Counted from the stretch's first letter, positions 39,934-53,650 are shown. The stretch is DNA of 64,000 nt from Felis catus (GCF_018350175.1 NC_058368.1:144214001-144278000); one strand, 5' to 3'. Notes: generated from the sequence alone by a model not told the origin. Program-made: numbers and translations.

Positions 39934-40227
39934 AAATAAACTAAATTTTCTGGTATCCACAATGAAAAATAAAAGGAAACAAGTGAATTTAATTTTGAGG
40001 GTACGTTTAATTTAACATATCCCAAACAGTCATTTCAACATGTTCTTCTTTTGCATTCTTTTTTATACACTAATTCTTTACATTCCTTTTTACACACTCA
40101 GTTTTTAAAATCCATTATGTGTTTTACACTTAAAGCACATCTCGGTTCTGACTAGCCACTAGCCACATTTCAAGGGCTCAGTAGCCAGCCACATGTGATG
40201 AGTAGCTACTATGTCAGGCAATGCAGT
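39672..40227. mobile_element. MER33/MER3-like hAT-Charlie element, interrupted by a + strand SINE (~39707-39940)
   Basis: TAGCCACATTTCAAGGGCTCAGTAGCCA...CCACATGTG motifs; SINE TSD TAAATTTTCTGGTA(G/T)CCA at 39688-39705 and 39942-39959. Confidence 0.7.
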
Positions 40228-40541
40228 TTTACAGAATGTAGGGAAACTTCATATAAGAGAGGGCCTGGAATGATAGGTAGCACTTAACTAGACAGGTGCT
40301 GGGAAAAGCATTCCACAGTGAGAGAAAAGTTTAAACAGAGATGAAATAAGAATTTGTTAAAAAAAAAAAAAAGTTAATGAAGCTCTTAGTATATACCAGG
40401 CATATTCTTTTACTAACATATAAACAACAGTTCTTTGAAGTAGTAACTATGTAATTTATAAACTATACATTTTTATAAATGAGGAAACAGGCTTAAGTAG
40501 TCGAGTAGCTCTGCACACAGGTGTGTGTGTGTCTTTCTGTC

Positions 40542-41818
40542 TGTAGAAGGCAGAAGGATGGCCCTCCAGAGATATTCACGTCCCAGTTCCTGGAACCTGT
40601 GAATATGTCAGATTACATGGTAAGGGGGAATTAAGGTTGCTGCTCAGATGACTTTAAGATGGGGAGATTGCCCTGAATTATCCAGATGGGCCCAGTTAAT
40701 CACAGGAGTCCTTTAAATGTGGAAGAGGGAAGTAGAGGAGGTCAGAGTGATATAATGTACTTAATTTGACCCACAATGGGGGCTTTGAGGCAGAGAAGAC
40801 AGCATGAACCAGAGAATGTAGCCTGCCTCTAGAAACTGGAATAAATAAGGTAGGAATCCTCTGGGCCTACACCAATGGGTTAACAAGGCATAAAGAAACA
40901 CAAAGTCATAAAATGCTCACACCTGAGTTTGGGTAACCAGATTGGCACTCCAAGAATAGGGAGGCACAAAGGTGCCAAGAATAGGGAGGTGCAAAGGCAC
41001 CCCAAAATAGGGAGGGGGTGCTGAACCCCCCCAAATAGAGGCAAAGGCCTGAAATAGAATTGGCACAAAGGTGCCCAATACATAGGAATAACAAGACTAG
41101 ATATTCAGGATGAAAGCACCCCAAGTTTATTTAGCACTATAGCAGAAAGCTGCTTTCATAGGAGAATAGGGCCAGGTCAGGTAAATTGGTGCATTGGACT
41201 TTGGACCGCTGAGCTGTAGGCAAAGCAGCTAGGAGCAGAGATGGTTAACAAAAGAAAAGGTGTCTCGTTAGCCCTGAGGTTATTCCCCCTATCTGTCTCA
41301 TCCCCCTAGGCTGGCAAAGATAAACAGGCACAGCACCTCCTGTCTGCTGTTAACAACCACGTACCCATCTGCCCACCGCCTGGATTTTGTTTTCTATTGA
41401 CCCAAACCCCAAACACTGTGTATCTTCAAAATCCCCTTTCCCCCCTCACATCCACAAGTTAATGTTCCTAGTTTCTTTGTCTCTTTGTACACGCACATCA
41501 CGTTTGCAAGCCTTCTGATGTGAATAAATACAGGGCAAGGACTCTTATGCGGGCTCTTCTTGTCCCCCCCCCCCCCTCCCCGACATTAGCCATCTCTCGT
41601 TTTAATCCTGCATCCGCTCTTTTGCTAGACAAAAAGAGAACTTTAGACAGAGTCTATGACAACAAGGAACCCCATTCTCACCTGGAGCATCCAGAAAGGA
41701 ACATAGCCCTGCCCAGTGAGACCAGTGTCAGACTTCTGACCTAAGCAACTATGATAATAAATGACTGTTGTTTTAAGTTTGTAGTAATTTGTTACAGTGG
41801 CAATAGAAGAGTAATACA
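40542..41818 (+). mobile_element. MLT1D-like MaLR LTR, interrupted by the younger LTR
   Basis: TGTAG...GGAACCTGTGAATATG...GGGGAGATT...CCAGATGGGCCC through ...TTTGTTACAGTGGCAATAGAAGAGTAATACA, typical of MLT1 consensus. Confidence 0.8.
40849..41661 (+). mobile_element. ERV solo LTR (~810 bp) nested in an MLT1 LTR
   Basis: It splits the MLT1 sequence between ...AAACTGGAATAA and (A)CAAGGAACCCCATTCTC. It ends in ...GACA, has a candidate 4-bp TSD ATAA/ACAA, tandem U3-like motifs and AATAAA near 41523. Family and strand are inferred. Confidence 0.72.
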
Positions 41819-43289
41819 CTCAATATCTGTGGGTTCTGGCTAATGATGTAAAATGTTTTTCTTAACCTTTTGTTCATCAGTAGCTATTTACTGGAATTAA
41901 GTCAGACCACTGTCTCTCTTTCTTGGATGCTGAGTTTATTCTACCTCATTTTTCCCAGTAGCTGCAAAATGACAGGTGTTTAATACTGTTCAAGTAGACA
42001 TAACTTTTCTTGCAAATAGGAATATAAATACTAGCTGTGGTTCTGACTGAAATATTGGGAGTTTGGAAGTACTTGATAGAGTGGTGACTGCCATTTTCAA
42101 GTCTGAACAGTTTCTAATTGCTAAGTCAGGGTATCAGTTATGTATGAATTACCTTATAGGTAAGTATACTTTACAGTTTTTTATGTAACTCTTAACTGTC
42201 AACCCCCAGATGTCACAAAGTTTATCTGTGGGTGATTAAATTGAGTAAGACAAGAGATTGCCCACCCATACATAATGAAATCCTCTTTCTTCTACCTTCC
42301 AGAGAACAGTGAGAACAGCTTGGCCTGTGGGTTGATTGTCATATTCTGCTTCCTTCCCACCTACTTTTTGCTACAGAGAGACAGAGCTTAGACTCTCCTC
42401 ACATTCTGTGAAGAAAGGGCTTCCTTAGGTTAGTTCCATGGCCCTGTGTACATAGAAGGAGAGAAGCTTCTGTCTTGCTTCCTGCTTGCATATTTCCTTC
42501 CACTTTATCTTTCCTTCTATGCTAACAGTGCAAAGATTTTACTTCAGAGATATGTATTTTATCCACTCCTATCGTTATCCCATATGCTAGAATACTACCT
42601 TTGTCAAAGTGCTGATCTATGACAATGCTGTGCAAACACGTAAATATACGGTGATTTTTTTAAAAGTACAATTCTAGACTTAAATGCTGGCTAAATGTAG
42701 CAGACAACAGTGGAATTCCTTAGTCCCCTGGGGCTGTGGTGATGTGAAGTGTTTGTGGGTGTCTCTATTCTAACTTCAGAAGTGGAAAATTTTCCTAGTT
42801 GCTTGTGCTCCGGGTGCTTATTGCGTGCAGCGTCATCTTCTGGAATTCTCTTTGTGGCTTGGAGAATCTGTATGCTTTTTCCTGCTTTTATTCTCAGAGG
42901 CTCTAAGCCATGCTGATTGCTCCTGAGGGACTACAGGTGCTTTTTTACCTTCTAAGCAATCCTTCCATGTAAAAACTGAGAATTAGACACGCAACAGATA
43001 AGGAGACGGTGATTTTGTTTTATGGAGAGATTTTCTCTTGCAGACTTCTAGGCATTTTCAGATTCTAATTTGATTTGGTGCATTTAAATAAGTCATGCAA
43101 GAAGGTTAAATTAATCCACTTTCGAAGAGTTTGATTTGCAAACCCATTACTTGTGTAAGGTAACCTATACCTGAGGCCAGAAGAATGGCACCCTTTCTCC
43201 CACCTCGTCTCTTATCCTTGTCCCTGGGCCCTAGCTGCACCAGACTATTGGCATGTTCAGAACATGTCATGTACAGTGAGAAATGGCAA

Positions 43290-43530
43290 GAACAGTGGTC
43301 TGAGTACAGCGTCTAGGGCCAGACACCCTGCGTTTGAATCCTAGCTTCCTCACTTTCTGGCTATGGATCTTAACATTTTCTGTGTCTCTGTTTTCCTTAC
43401 TCAAAAACAGGTATGTAATAATACAACTATCTCATGAAATTGTAGTGAGGATTAAGTTAGTTAATACTCGTAAGGGCTTAAAACAGTGCCTAGAACATAG
43501 TGAGCACTGAGTAAATATTAGCTCTTATTT
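43290..43530 (+). mobile_element. MIR SINE
   Basis: TTTGAATCCTAGCTTCCTCACTT...GTGTCTCTGTTTTCCTTA...GTGAGGATTAAG...AGTGCCTAGAACATAGTGAGCACT core. Confidence 0.8.
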
Positions 43531-43958
43531 TTCTTTCATCATTTATTTTCTGTCATTCTTAAGCTATTCTTAGGTTTCACATTGTGTTTTTCCCACATCT
43601 GTCTTTTAAAATACTCTATACCCTAACAGTCTTATTGCTTTTATGAAGCTGTCCTACACTTTTTAGGTATGAGTCCAACCTTGGCTATAATTGGAATCGC
43701 ATGTGGATATTAAATCCTGATGCCTGCATTTTTGGTCTGTGCCACAGCTGGCTTGTAGAAGCTTTGTGAATGGATTGTTATGTTTCCAGGAGTTTTCTGT
43801 CATGTTGTTAATGCAGGGATAGCTTAAAGTCAGCCATAGCGGGTATGTTTACACACTTGGAATTGGCAGATACCACCATAGCATTCCTCTCAATCTGTTT
43901 GGTATTCTAGTGATTTGTTTATAAGCCTCTCTAAATACATGTTCAGCCTTTTGTAGAG

Positions 43959-44377
43959 TATATTAATTTGCTAGGGCTACTGTAATAAAGTATCACAGAT
44001 TGGGTGGCTTAAAGACCAGAAATGTATGTCTCCCAGTTCTGGAGGCCAGGAGTCCCAAGATCAAGATATCAAAAGGGTCGATTCCTTCTAAGGGCAGTGA
44101 TGGAAGGATCCTCCAGGCTTCTTTCTGTGGCTCACAGAGAGTTATCTCCTTCCTCTGTTTCTTTATATTGTCTTCCCTTCTGTGTGGGTCTTCACGTGCA
44201 TATTCCCCTTTGTCATAAGAGTGCCTGTCATACCGGCCTAGAGCCCACCCTAAGAACCTCACTTTAACTTGATTACCTTTGTAAGGACCCTGTCTCCAGA
44301 TAAAGTCATATTCTGAGATACTGGGGGTTAGGACTTCCACATAATGGTTTTAGGGGGACACAGTTCAACCTATAACA
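43959..44377 (-). mobile_element. MLT1 (A/B/C-like) MaLR solo LTR
   Basis: TATTAATTTGCTAGGGCT...GGGTGGCTTAAA...CAGTTCTGGAGGC...GGGGGACACAGTTCAACCTATAACA. Confidence 0.8.
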
Positions 44378-45229
44378 CAGGCAGGGATCTTCCTTTTTCT
44401 TTTTCTCTGTTTGTTCCTGTAGTATTTACACAGTGAAGATGTGTTGACTTGAATGAAAAAGGAAACACCAGTTAACTGGTGTGTTGTGTATAATTTTTTT
44501 AATTCATTGTACTATGAATTTCAGATAGTCAATTTGTTGAATTTTTTTGAAGCATGTCTTTCTGGGCATAATATAAGAGTCAGTATTTATAGAGAAAAGC
44601 ATTAGTTTAGGAAGATTTGTTATTTTAGGTTGTCTGAGGCAGGTGTGAGCTTGTTAGTCAACTCAAAAGGCATATGATCGGAGTGAAATAGTCTTGATTT
44701 TGTGTCTTGCTGAGAAAATGCTTTTAATCATGCATGAAAAAAATGAGATGAATTTGCAGTGATCTGAGAATGTTTTAATGCTGATAGTCATCTTTAGGAT
44801 TACATAAGATGATAGTTCTCAAAAAATTAGGTTTTATTTTCTTCTTTTTCTCAAAGGCAAATATAATGTCACGTAACAATTTTGTGATACTTGTGATTGA
44901 AAAAATATCTTTGGAAGCACAGGAAGCATAAATTATTTTTTAAAAAATTTACCTTGTGTTGAATGATTATATGTATATAAAACAGTGGATAACATTTAAA
45001 CTGTGATCATCTCAAATTTGGAGCATACTTTTTGAAGTTAAATATTTTTCTTCAAAATCATAAACTTCTCCACACCACTTCTTTTTGCTGAATAAATATT
45101 GGAATTAGGACCTTATTCCAAAAATGTACTTGAAATACACATGTGCACAGGAATTTGTGTAATTGTTCAGTTTTTGTTTAATAGAAAAATTTCAGTTATA
45201 AATTATATCTCACAAATATCAAAGGCTTT

Positions 45230-46800
45230 ATTTTTAATCTGCTTTAATCAAGTATAATTTACATGCAATAAAATTTCCACATTTTAAATGTATGAATCAA
45301 ATCAATCTTGACAAATGGGTACATCAGTATAAACAACCCCCCAATTAGGATGTAGAACATTTCCATCTTACCAGAAGGTTCCCTTTGCCTCTTTGCAGCC
45401 ATTTTCTCCCTGCCTCTGCCTCCTACTCTAAGCAAATACTGGTCTTATTAGACTTTTTTAGAATTTCACATCAATGTAATCATATACTTTAATGTCCAGC
45501 TTCTTTTAGCATAATGCCTATGAAATTCACCCATGTTTCTGTGTATCAGTAAGTTTTTTTAAATTGTTCGGTAATACTGCATTGTAGGAATGTACCAAAA
45601 TGTGTTCATCCATTCACTTGCTGAACCTTTGGCTTTTGCCTTTTTTCAGTAAAGCTGCTAAGAACATTTGTATACTAGTTTCTTTTTTTAATGTTTATTT
45701 ATTTTTGAGAGAGAGAGAGAGCGAGACAGAGTACAAGTTGGGGAGGGACAGAGAGAGAGGGAGACAAAGAATCTGAAGCAGGCTCCAGGCTCTGAGCCGT
45801 CAGCACAGAGCCTGATGTGTGGCCTGAACCCACAAACTGTGAGATCATGACCTGAGCCGAACTCGGACGCTTAACCAACTGAGCCACCCGGGCACCCCCG
45901 TATACTAGTTTTTTTTAATGGACATATGTTTTTATTTGGGGTAAATACCTAGGGGTAGTGTAAGTGGAATTGCTGGGTTGGGTAAATATGTACTTAACTG
46001 TGTAAGAAACAACCAAACTATTTTTCAAAGTAGTTCCCCCATTAAATACTCCCACCAGTAGGGTATGAGAGTCGTAGTTGCCCTACGTCTGCATTGTCAG
46101 CTCTTGGTATTGCTAGTCTTATAATTTTAGCCCTTATAGTGAGTGTGAAGTGGTGACTCATTTTGGTTTAACTTCCTTTTTGGGGGGTTGGCCAGTGATA
46201 TTTTCATGTACTTACTGGCTATTTTGGGTTATATTGGGTTACTTGTCTGATTGAGCTATAAGAATTAGAATTCTTTCTACCTTCTGAATAAAAACGCTTT
46301 GTGAGGTATATGTATTGTGACTATTTCCTCCCAGCCTCTGGCTTGCCTTTTAATTTTCTTGATGACCTTGGAATACCAGAAGGATTTTTTTTTGTTTGTT
46401 TTGTTATTTTTTAGAGAGAGAGAGGGAGAGAGAGTGTGTGTGTTTAAATGCAAGCTGGGGAGAGGGAGAGGAAGAGAGAATCTTGAGCAGATTGCACACC
46501 CCTTGTGGAGCCAGGTACAGGACAGAAGGTTTTGTTTTTGATGGTTTTGTCGATTTCTTCTTTTATGGTTAGTGCTTTTTGTGACCTAAGAAATCTTTGC
46601 CTACTTGAAGGTCATGAAGATTTTTCTCTTATGTTTTCTTCTAGAAGTTTTATAGTTTTAACTTTTGGCTCTCTTACATATTTTGATTAAATTTTTTGGG
46701 CATAGTAGGAGTATAGGGATTGAAGTTCCTTTTTCTCCATGTAATTGCTAGTTGTTTTCACTTTGGTAGTTGAAAAGACACTTCTAGCCACATTGAATTA
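45230..46800 (-). mobile_element. Ancient L1M 3' region with inserted SINEs
   Basis: TTTAATCAAGTATAATTTACATGCAATAAA...GTAAATACCTAGG...GTGGAATTGCTGGGT...TTTTCTTCTAGAAGTTTTATAGTTTT. Confidence 0.7.
45683..45899 (-). mobile_element. CAN-SINE
   Basis: TSD GTATACTAGTTT on both sides. Confidence 0.92.
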
Positions 46801-47025
46801 TGGTTAGGCTTTACTTTGAGCTTAACTTTGAAAAATAACCTGGATTTTTATGTTCTTCTAGTAGATATTTTAGACACTGAGTTTCTAGGATGTCATTTTA
46901 AAAAGTTTGGTCTCAAATGTTATTTATGTATTAGAAACATAGAGTGAATGGGACAGGAGCTCTAGACGCCCACTGTGCCAATTTGTCCCTACTAGACCCA
47001 ATTAGAGATGAGTATAAAATCGATG

Positions 47026-47029
<4 letters not shown>

Positions 47030-47075
<46 letters not shown>
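47030..47075 (+). repeat. (TG)23 microsatellite
   Basis: Read directly. Confidence 0.95.
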
Positions 47076-47078
<3 letters not shown>

Positions 47079-47589
47079 AATTAAGCTAAAGTGTTGGTGG
47101 ATCATCCAGGAAAACACAAAAATAAAGACTACACAATAAGTACAGTCTTAAGTAGTCAATTTTAGAGCTTAGCTGCTTTTGTTTTTAATTTTCCTTGTGT
47201 TTAACTTTAAAAAATGATGTTAGTGTAGGTTAGCCTTTCTATTATCTTTTTGTTCTCCCATGTTTTTTTTAAGACTGCTATTTAAGTGACTACTGAGTAA
47301 CTTTTGTTTCTGCTTGTGAAATGAAAATGCTTTGTGTCTGTTTAAGGAGCTTTCAAGTATCAGAAATAGTGATTTCTGAAATCACCCATTAGCTTTTCCT
47401 CCCTTCACCCTTGTTCCGTTGGGGTGAAAAAGGTGCTATTGGAGACCTATTTGGTAGCTACTGGAAATATTCCCTATTGCTGACATGTCTTTTTCCTTTT
47501 CCTGTCTCCTCCAGTTACACCTATTCTAAAGCTCTCTCTCTTTTTCCCCTTTTCTTTTGAGTATGTGACTACTTTCTTTTATTCTTAAG

Positions 47590-47850
47590 TAGTGGTAATA
47601 ATAGTAATAATAATAGCAATAGCTAACAATATGTTTTAGACACTATTCTAAGTGCTTTCTATTTACTGACAGATTTAATCTTCACAAATACCCTGTGAAA
47701 GAGCTACTGTTCTTTTAACACTGATTTTATGGATGAGGCAACTGAGCAGAGAGATGTTGAGTCTAGGGTTGTATAACTGGTAAATGGCAGAACTGGCATT
47801 TGGTCCAGACTTCCTGGCTCTGAAGCACATGCTTTCAACCACAATGTTAC
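47590..47850 (-). mobile_element. MIR SINE
   Basis: TTTAATCTTCACAA...ATTTTATGGATGAGGCAACTGAG...GTAAATGGCAGAACTGGCATTT. Confidence 0.75.
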
Positions 47851-48528
47851 ATGACCTTTCAGGAAAAACACACAAGGAAGTAACCATTCCCTTCCTTCAC
47901 CTCTGTTTCTGGACTTAAAAAGGAGTAATGTTTTATAGCATAGTTGACCTATTATTTTGGTTAATAGTTCATGAAATTTTCATTCCGTTATAATGCATAT
48001 TACAGTTTGTATTTCTGTCTCTGGCAATAAAGTTTCTAACAAAAAGCATGTGTGCTTAAAACAAGGTAGCTTTATTTCTAAAGCTATTACTTTACAAACC
48101 ACAGTCCCACGTGTCTAGTAGAAAGCACACGCCTTCCTAGCATGTGGTTCTTCTTCTGGGAAAGCGTCTTAGAGAAGGTGAGTCTTGGCCCAATTTTTAA
48201 ATAAGAATGTGCACAGAGGTCTGGGGTATGGTCTGTGGAGATTGTAATGGGCAGACAGTTAAGAAAGGATGGAGGTTTTAAAATGTTGTTGAAGAGAATT
48301 CATTGTAAGAGATTTCCAGGGTCAGGGAAGAAAAGCTGGAAGGTCATGACCCTGGGCAGAAATGAATGGCTTCTTGAGGCCCTTGGGCTTTTTCTGCCTC
48401 CATTTCCTCCCCTTCACGTTTTCCCTTTCCCTTCGGTTTCCCAAGTTCGAGTATTGTAATCCTCTTATTTTCCTCACTTCATTGCAGAGAAGTAGTTTCA
48501 TGTCAGGTTTGCCAAGACAGATTGGAGA

Positions 48529-48644
48529 TTTTTTTAATGTATGTATTTTTAAAATTCATTTTATTTTATTTATTTTTTTAAAGTTCATTTATTCATCTTG
48601 AGAGAGAGATCACACCCGAGTAGGGGAAGGGGAGCGAGCGAGCA

Positions 48645-48685
<41 letters not shown>

Positions 48686-48799
48686 CCTAAGCAGCTCAGT
48701 GCTGAGTGGCTTTCCATCTCATGACCGTGAGATCGTGATCATGACCTGACCCGAAATCAAGAGTTGCATGCTCAACTGACTGAGCCACCCAGGCACCCC
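48529..48799 (-). mobile_element. CAN-SINE, internally deleted
   Basis: TSD CAGATTGGAGATTTTTT on both sides. Confidence 0.9.
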
Positions 48800-51700
48800 A
48801 GATTGGAGATTTTTTTGATGCATCTTTACCTTAACAACAACAACAAAATAAGTAGCAATCACTATAGAAGAAGAAAAAGTAAAACCAAAAGTTTAGAGAA
48901 AGCTAGAGAAAGTTTTAGAAAGACATGAATTTTCTTAGTACAGACTTCTTACATTAATGTAAAGCTTACCTCTTCTTCTTTCGAAGATCACAGCAACCCT
49001 GCATGCTGGCCTTGAATAGTTCCTGGGGTTTGGCCCTCTGTCCTCAGGCCTCATGGAGCTTGCATAGTGAGTGAGGAACTTCTCAGTCCTCCCTTCTATT
49101 CCCCATCAGGCCTGCCCTTTGTGGGTGGGCCTGGTGTGTTTACTTCCACTCTCTAATCCAGCAGAGGATCTAAATCTGCTTTTAGTTTTTAGTCCCCAAT
49201 GGCACCTTGGCTAAGATTCTATCTCCTCCGCTTGGTGAGGAAGGCTGGGAGGAGGGTCCTTCTAGTCTCCAGAATCTCCAGGTACTCTGCCTGCCTGTTG
49301 GTTTGATCTAAAGCAGACTTAACCAGCTAAAATCAAACTTTAGGTCTTCACTGTTGGCCATGTGGACTTGGGTAGAACTTGCCAACTTTCTTAGAAGCTG
49401 TGTTATAGTGTCTGCTTCCTTCTCTGAGTAGCAAAAGATTCCGTTTCTCAGTTTGAAATCTCTTATTTTGTAGTGAGTTCTTACCAGAAATTTTTAAAGT
49501 TGAATGTGAACATATCAGCACGTATAAGTGAAAAGCTTGAAAGTAGGCTAGAATCAGGCCTGGCTGCATTTAAGAGCTCTTCTCCTTTGTCTCACCTCCT
49601 TGTGTTCACCTTCCTCTCATGTTCCACAAGGTGGCAGGATGGCTCCAGCGACTCTGTCCCTGGACTCAGACTCCAGGGTTCAAGTCCAGGGAAGCGGATG
49701 AACATCTCCTGGGAGTTTCTGTATAAATTCTGTAATCCATTCTTTCCTTTTCTTTTGCTTTTCTAATCAACAGTTTTATTTTTTGAAGAGGTAGTATATT
49801 CTAGTGGCTCAAAAATCTAAAAGAATTTGAAAGATAATGGGGTGAAAAGTCTTTCTTTCATCTCCTTTTTGTCAGTATGGAGCACCTGTCTTTGTCTTAT
49901 TTAGTGCTTTTTGTCCTGAATTCTGTCTTGCCTGATAATAAAGTCTTGTCCCATGTTTTCTTTTTAATTTGCATTTGACTAGTCTATTCATCTAGGCAAG
50001 TTTTTTTCTGGTGATCCCTTTATTTTTAACCTTTCTGAATTACTTTCTTGTAAGTTTTACTCCTGATTATAGCAGAATATTTTTTCCCCTTTGTAATCCA
50101 ATCTGAGATCACTTCTATTTTAATTGAGTTCATCCTATTTACATTTGTTGTTTTGGCAGATATATTTGATATTAGGTTTTTATTCTATTTTTGTATATTT
50201 TAAAGACTTTCACCATGTGACCTATTGTCCTTGTTTTTGTGGGATGATTCTGATATTTGTTAGGGATAGTGGTTGTCTTTATAATTTTAATTTCACATAA
50301 TGCCCTTAGCCTTCCTATAGTTCCCTACTATAAATGGTGATAAGACTAATGAATTTCATACTAATTCTCATACAGAGACATCGTAACTCTGTTACATGGT
50401 CTGTTTTATTCATTCTGGATCTGTGTTACATGCTCTCCTCAGAGGAGAGAATTAATCATTCAGCCAGGATGCTTGGAACTCCATCAGTATTTTTATTATC
50501 AGTAAGAATACTGTCAGTAGAGGCTTTGTGAGTTTTCCTATAGCAAATTGTCAGCCTTTAACAAGGCTCTTTTTGTCTATAAAAATTATAGTTTCTAAAG
50601 TTAGCATAGATCATAAAATTGGTAAGCTGACATTTGTTTGGTCGCAGTTGAACATTAGATCAAGATCTTTGTAGGTGGTCTATTATTCAACACCAGAGAG
50701 TCATCAGTTTTATGTTCAAGTTGACATTAAAAGATATTATTGGGTCTGAAGTTACTTTTTTTTTTTTTTTTTTAGTGTGGGTTCCACACTCATTGAGAGT
50801 TTTATCACCATTTAATTTTTCAAAAACAATACATTTGGCAACAGAGAGGCATGTTGCATATGAAAAGGATTTTTTTTTAATTAGAAATCTTAATTTAAAA
50901 CAGTCCAGCTTGGCATACCCCATGTAATGACTGAGACTGCTATTTTGACCATAGTCCTCCGATCCAGCATAGAAGGGGAGTCACCACCCTGGGCCCAGGG
51001 AGGAGCACAGCCCCTATTTAGCTTCCTTTCCATTCAGGAGGCTTATGCCCTGGCCACAAACAGCCTCTGTAAAGGATGGGAAAGGGAGAGTGTCTTTATA
51101 ATTTTTTAGACTCAGGTCAGTTACATGACCATAGTTTATTTCTTTAAAATTTTTTTAGTGGAAAGATACTTACTACCCACCTGTAAAAGAGCAGCTGAAA
51201 CCTAGACTGTTGTTGGAAAAGATTTACACTTCCTCTTTGTGTTCTAGCCTTGCAGTGACTGCCAGTGTGGCTCATGTAGATGACTGTTTCCAGTCTGCAG
51301 ATTGCCTGTGAATCATCCTGAAAACTCTGTTGAAAATGAAAATACCCCTTCTCCCCTAACTTCCTGCTGAATTCAGATCCAATATGTTTGGAGTATGGGA
51401 TCTGTGCCTTTAATGTGTGTTGCAGGTGATTTTCATGCAGGTATTCCACAGACTGTAGTTTGAGGACATCCAGATCAACAGTTCTGTGCTTAATGTAGAA
51501 GTTTTACTAAAATCTAGTTTGACAAAATTCTGGTTGGTTATTACTCATTATGTACACAGTGTTTAAAGTAGACATTTGTTTCAAAGATAGTGATTTAAAT
51601 TTACCATAACTTTCTTCAATTAAGAAATCTGACAAAACAGATTTTATAACTCCAACCAGTTTGTGGAAAAATGTTTGCATGAAGATGTTCAATATACAGA

Positions 51701-52249
51701 TTGCAGAATGATGAATTTAACACTCTTGTAATGCTTCCATGAAAGCCTCAAGGATAACTAACAAGTCCATTTTTATCAAATTTAATGGGTTTCTAAAGCC
51801 TTATCTGCTTATCAAACAAAACGTTAATTAGAACAGTAATTGAGTAACCAGCTGCCTCTTGCGTTCATTCTAGGAATTTGTACAAAATCACTGTGGAGCT
51901 CATGTAAGGTCATTCACTGTTTTTTGAGTTCCTAAATAATACCTTTACTACAGGCTTCTAAAAATCCAGGTATTAAGGGAGTCTACAGGAAGATAAAAAT
52001 TGATAAGAGATTTGTTAAAGTTAGTCTGATACTCTCTATCCAGTGGATTAAGGTGAAAAAAACCCTTCTTCAGCACCACAGATGGGAGAAAATCCTCCCT
52101 CTTAGATTTCTTCCTGGATCAGCTTATGCTTGCCTAGTCTTGTAGTAGAACAGAAAAAGCTTTTGGAGCTAGGTATGCTGGCACAGATTTTCTGGGGGGA
52201 AAAAAACCCAGTAAGAAATCAGGTTTATAACTTTACTTAAGTAGCACAG

Positions 52250-53650
52250 AACATCATGACAAGGATTATTCAGCATTAGAAAATATGAATAATATATTAA
52301 GAAATTAAGTGAGATAAGCCATGTGATTATTTTAACACATGTAGAAAGAGCATTAGGTTAAGACTCAAAAATCCTTTATGATGAAACATTTTTTCCCAAA
52401 ACTGGGAAACTTACCAAATCTTAAGCCAATAAGTCATTTATTCAAAAACTTGTAGCAAGTATTGTACTTAAGAGTGAAACTTTAGAAGGATTCCTATTAT
52501 TGTCAGCAAGAAGACAAAGGATGCGTGTTAGCATTACCTTTGTTCAACACAGCCTGAAGGTCTTAGCCAGTAGTGTAATGCGATAGGAAAAAGAAAAGAA
52601 GATTAGAAATTATAAGGGAGAGACTAAAAAAAAAACAACGTTTTTTTTTTCCAGGTGATACTGATGCATACATAGACAATACAAGAAAATAAATTGGAGT
52701 ATTCAGTAGTTACTATGTACAAAAATTGATAGGTTTTGTATACCATCATAGCTCTCTAGTAAATATGTTTCCCTTCACAGTAGTATTAATGTGTAATACA
52801 CCTAGGAGCACAACCAAAGAATATAAAACATGGAGAAAATTACATAACATTATTGTTATGTATAAAAGAGATAGAGAAATTGTACTGTCTTTAACAGTGG
52901 GATATCTCGATTTGTTAAGATACTTCTAAATTAATTCATTGTGTATCCATTCAAAATCCTAATAAGGTTTTTGTGAAACTTGGCAAGATGAACCTGAAAT
53001 TTATAAAGAAAATCAGAGGCCTATGAGTAGTCAAGGCAATCTTGAAAAGCAAGGTCTAGGGGCCGTGCCACAGATACTGATACCACGCCATGGAAATAAA
53101 GGTACTGTGGTCCTGATACAGAGATATATAAAAAGAATGGTGGAACAGGATAGAGAAGCCAGTAACAGGGTCACACGTATATAGAAATATGATATTTATT
53201 GGATGCAACATTATGAAGTGGTAGAAAAAGACAGAATGTTTTATAAAATTTTTTTTTTTCAACGTTTGTTTGTTTTTGGGACAGAGAGAGACAGAGCATG
53301 AACAGGCGAGGGGCAGAGAGAGAGGGAGACACAGAAACGGAAACAGGCTCCAGGCTCTGAGCCATCAGCCCAGAGCCCGACGCGGGGCTGGAACTCACGG
53401 ACCGCGAGATCGTGACCTGGCTGAAGTCGGACACTTAACCGACTGCGCCACCCAGGCGCCCCAAGACAGAATGTTTTATAAACAGTGCTTTGAACATTAA
53501 TGAATGATCATATGGAAAATCAAACTGTGTTTCTAACTTTATACCATCCCCCCAAATAAATTCAGGTGAACTTAATTTGAAAAGCAAACCTTAAAAATTC
53601 ACTAGAAAATATAAGAAATAATGGAATACTTAGAAGTAGTTAAAAATTAA
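52250..53650 (+). mobile_element. Ancient L1M ORF2 fragment containing a SINE
   Basis: Degenerate L1-like text (AGAAGACAAAGGATGC..., GAAACTTGGCAAGATGAACCTGAAATTTATA, GTCAAGGCAATCTTGAAAA). Confidence 0.6.
53248..53462 (-). mobile_element. Young felid SINE (SINEC_Fc-type)
   Basis: Perfect 20-bp TSD AAGACAGAATGTTTTATAAA at 53228-53247 and 53463-53482. Confidence 0.95.

Noticed and set aside
42550..43150. Possible conserved non-coding element or hidden exon in a repeat-poor part of intron 8
   Set aside because: Exons 8 and 9 already join in phase, I saw no ORF or RNA motif, and conservation cannot be judged without alignments.
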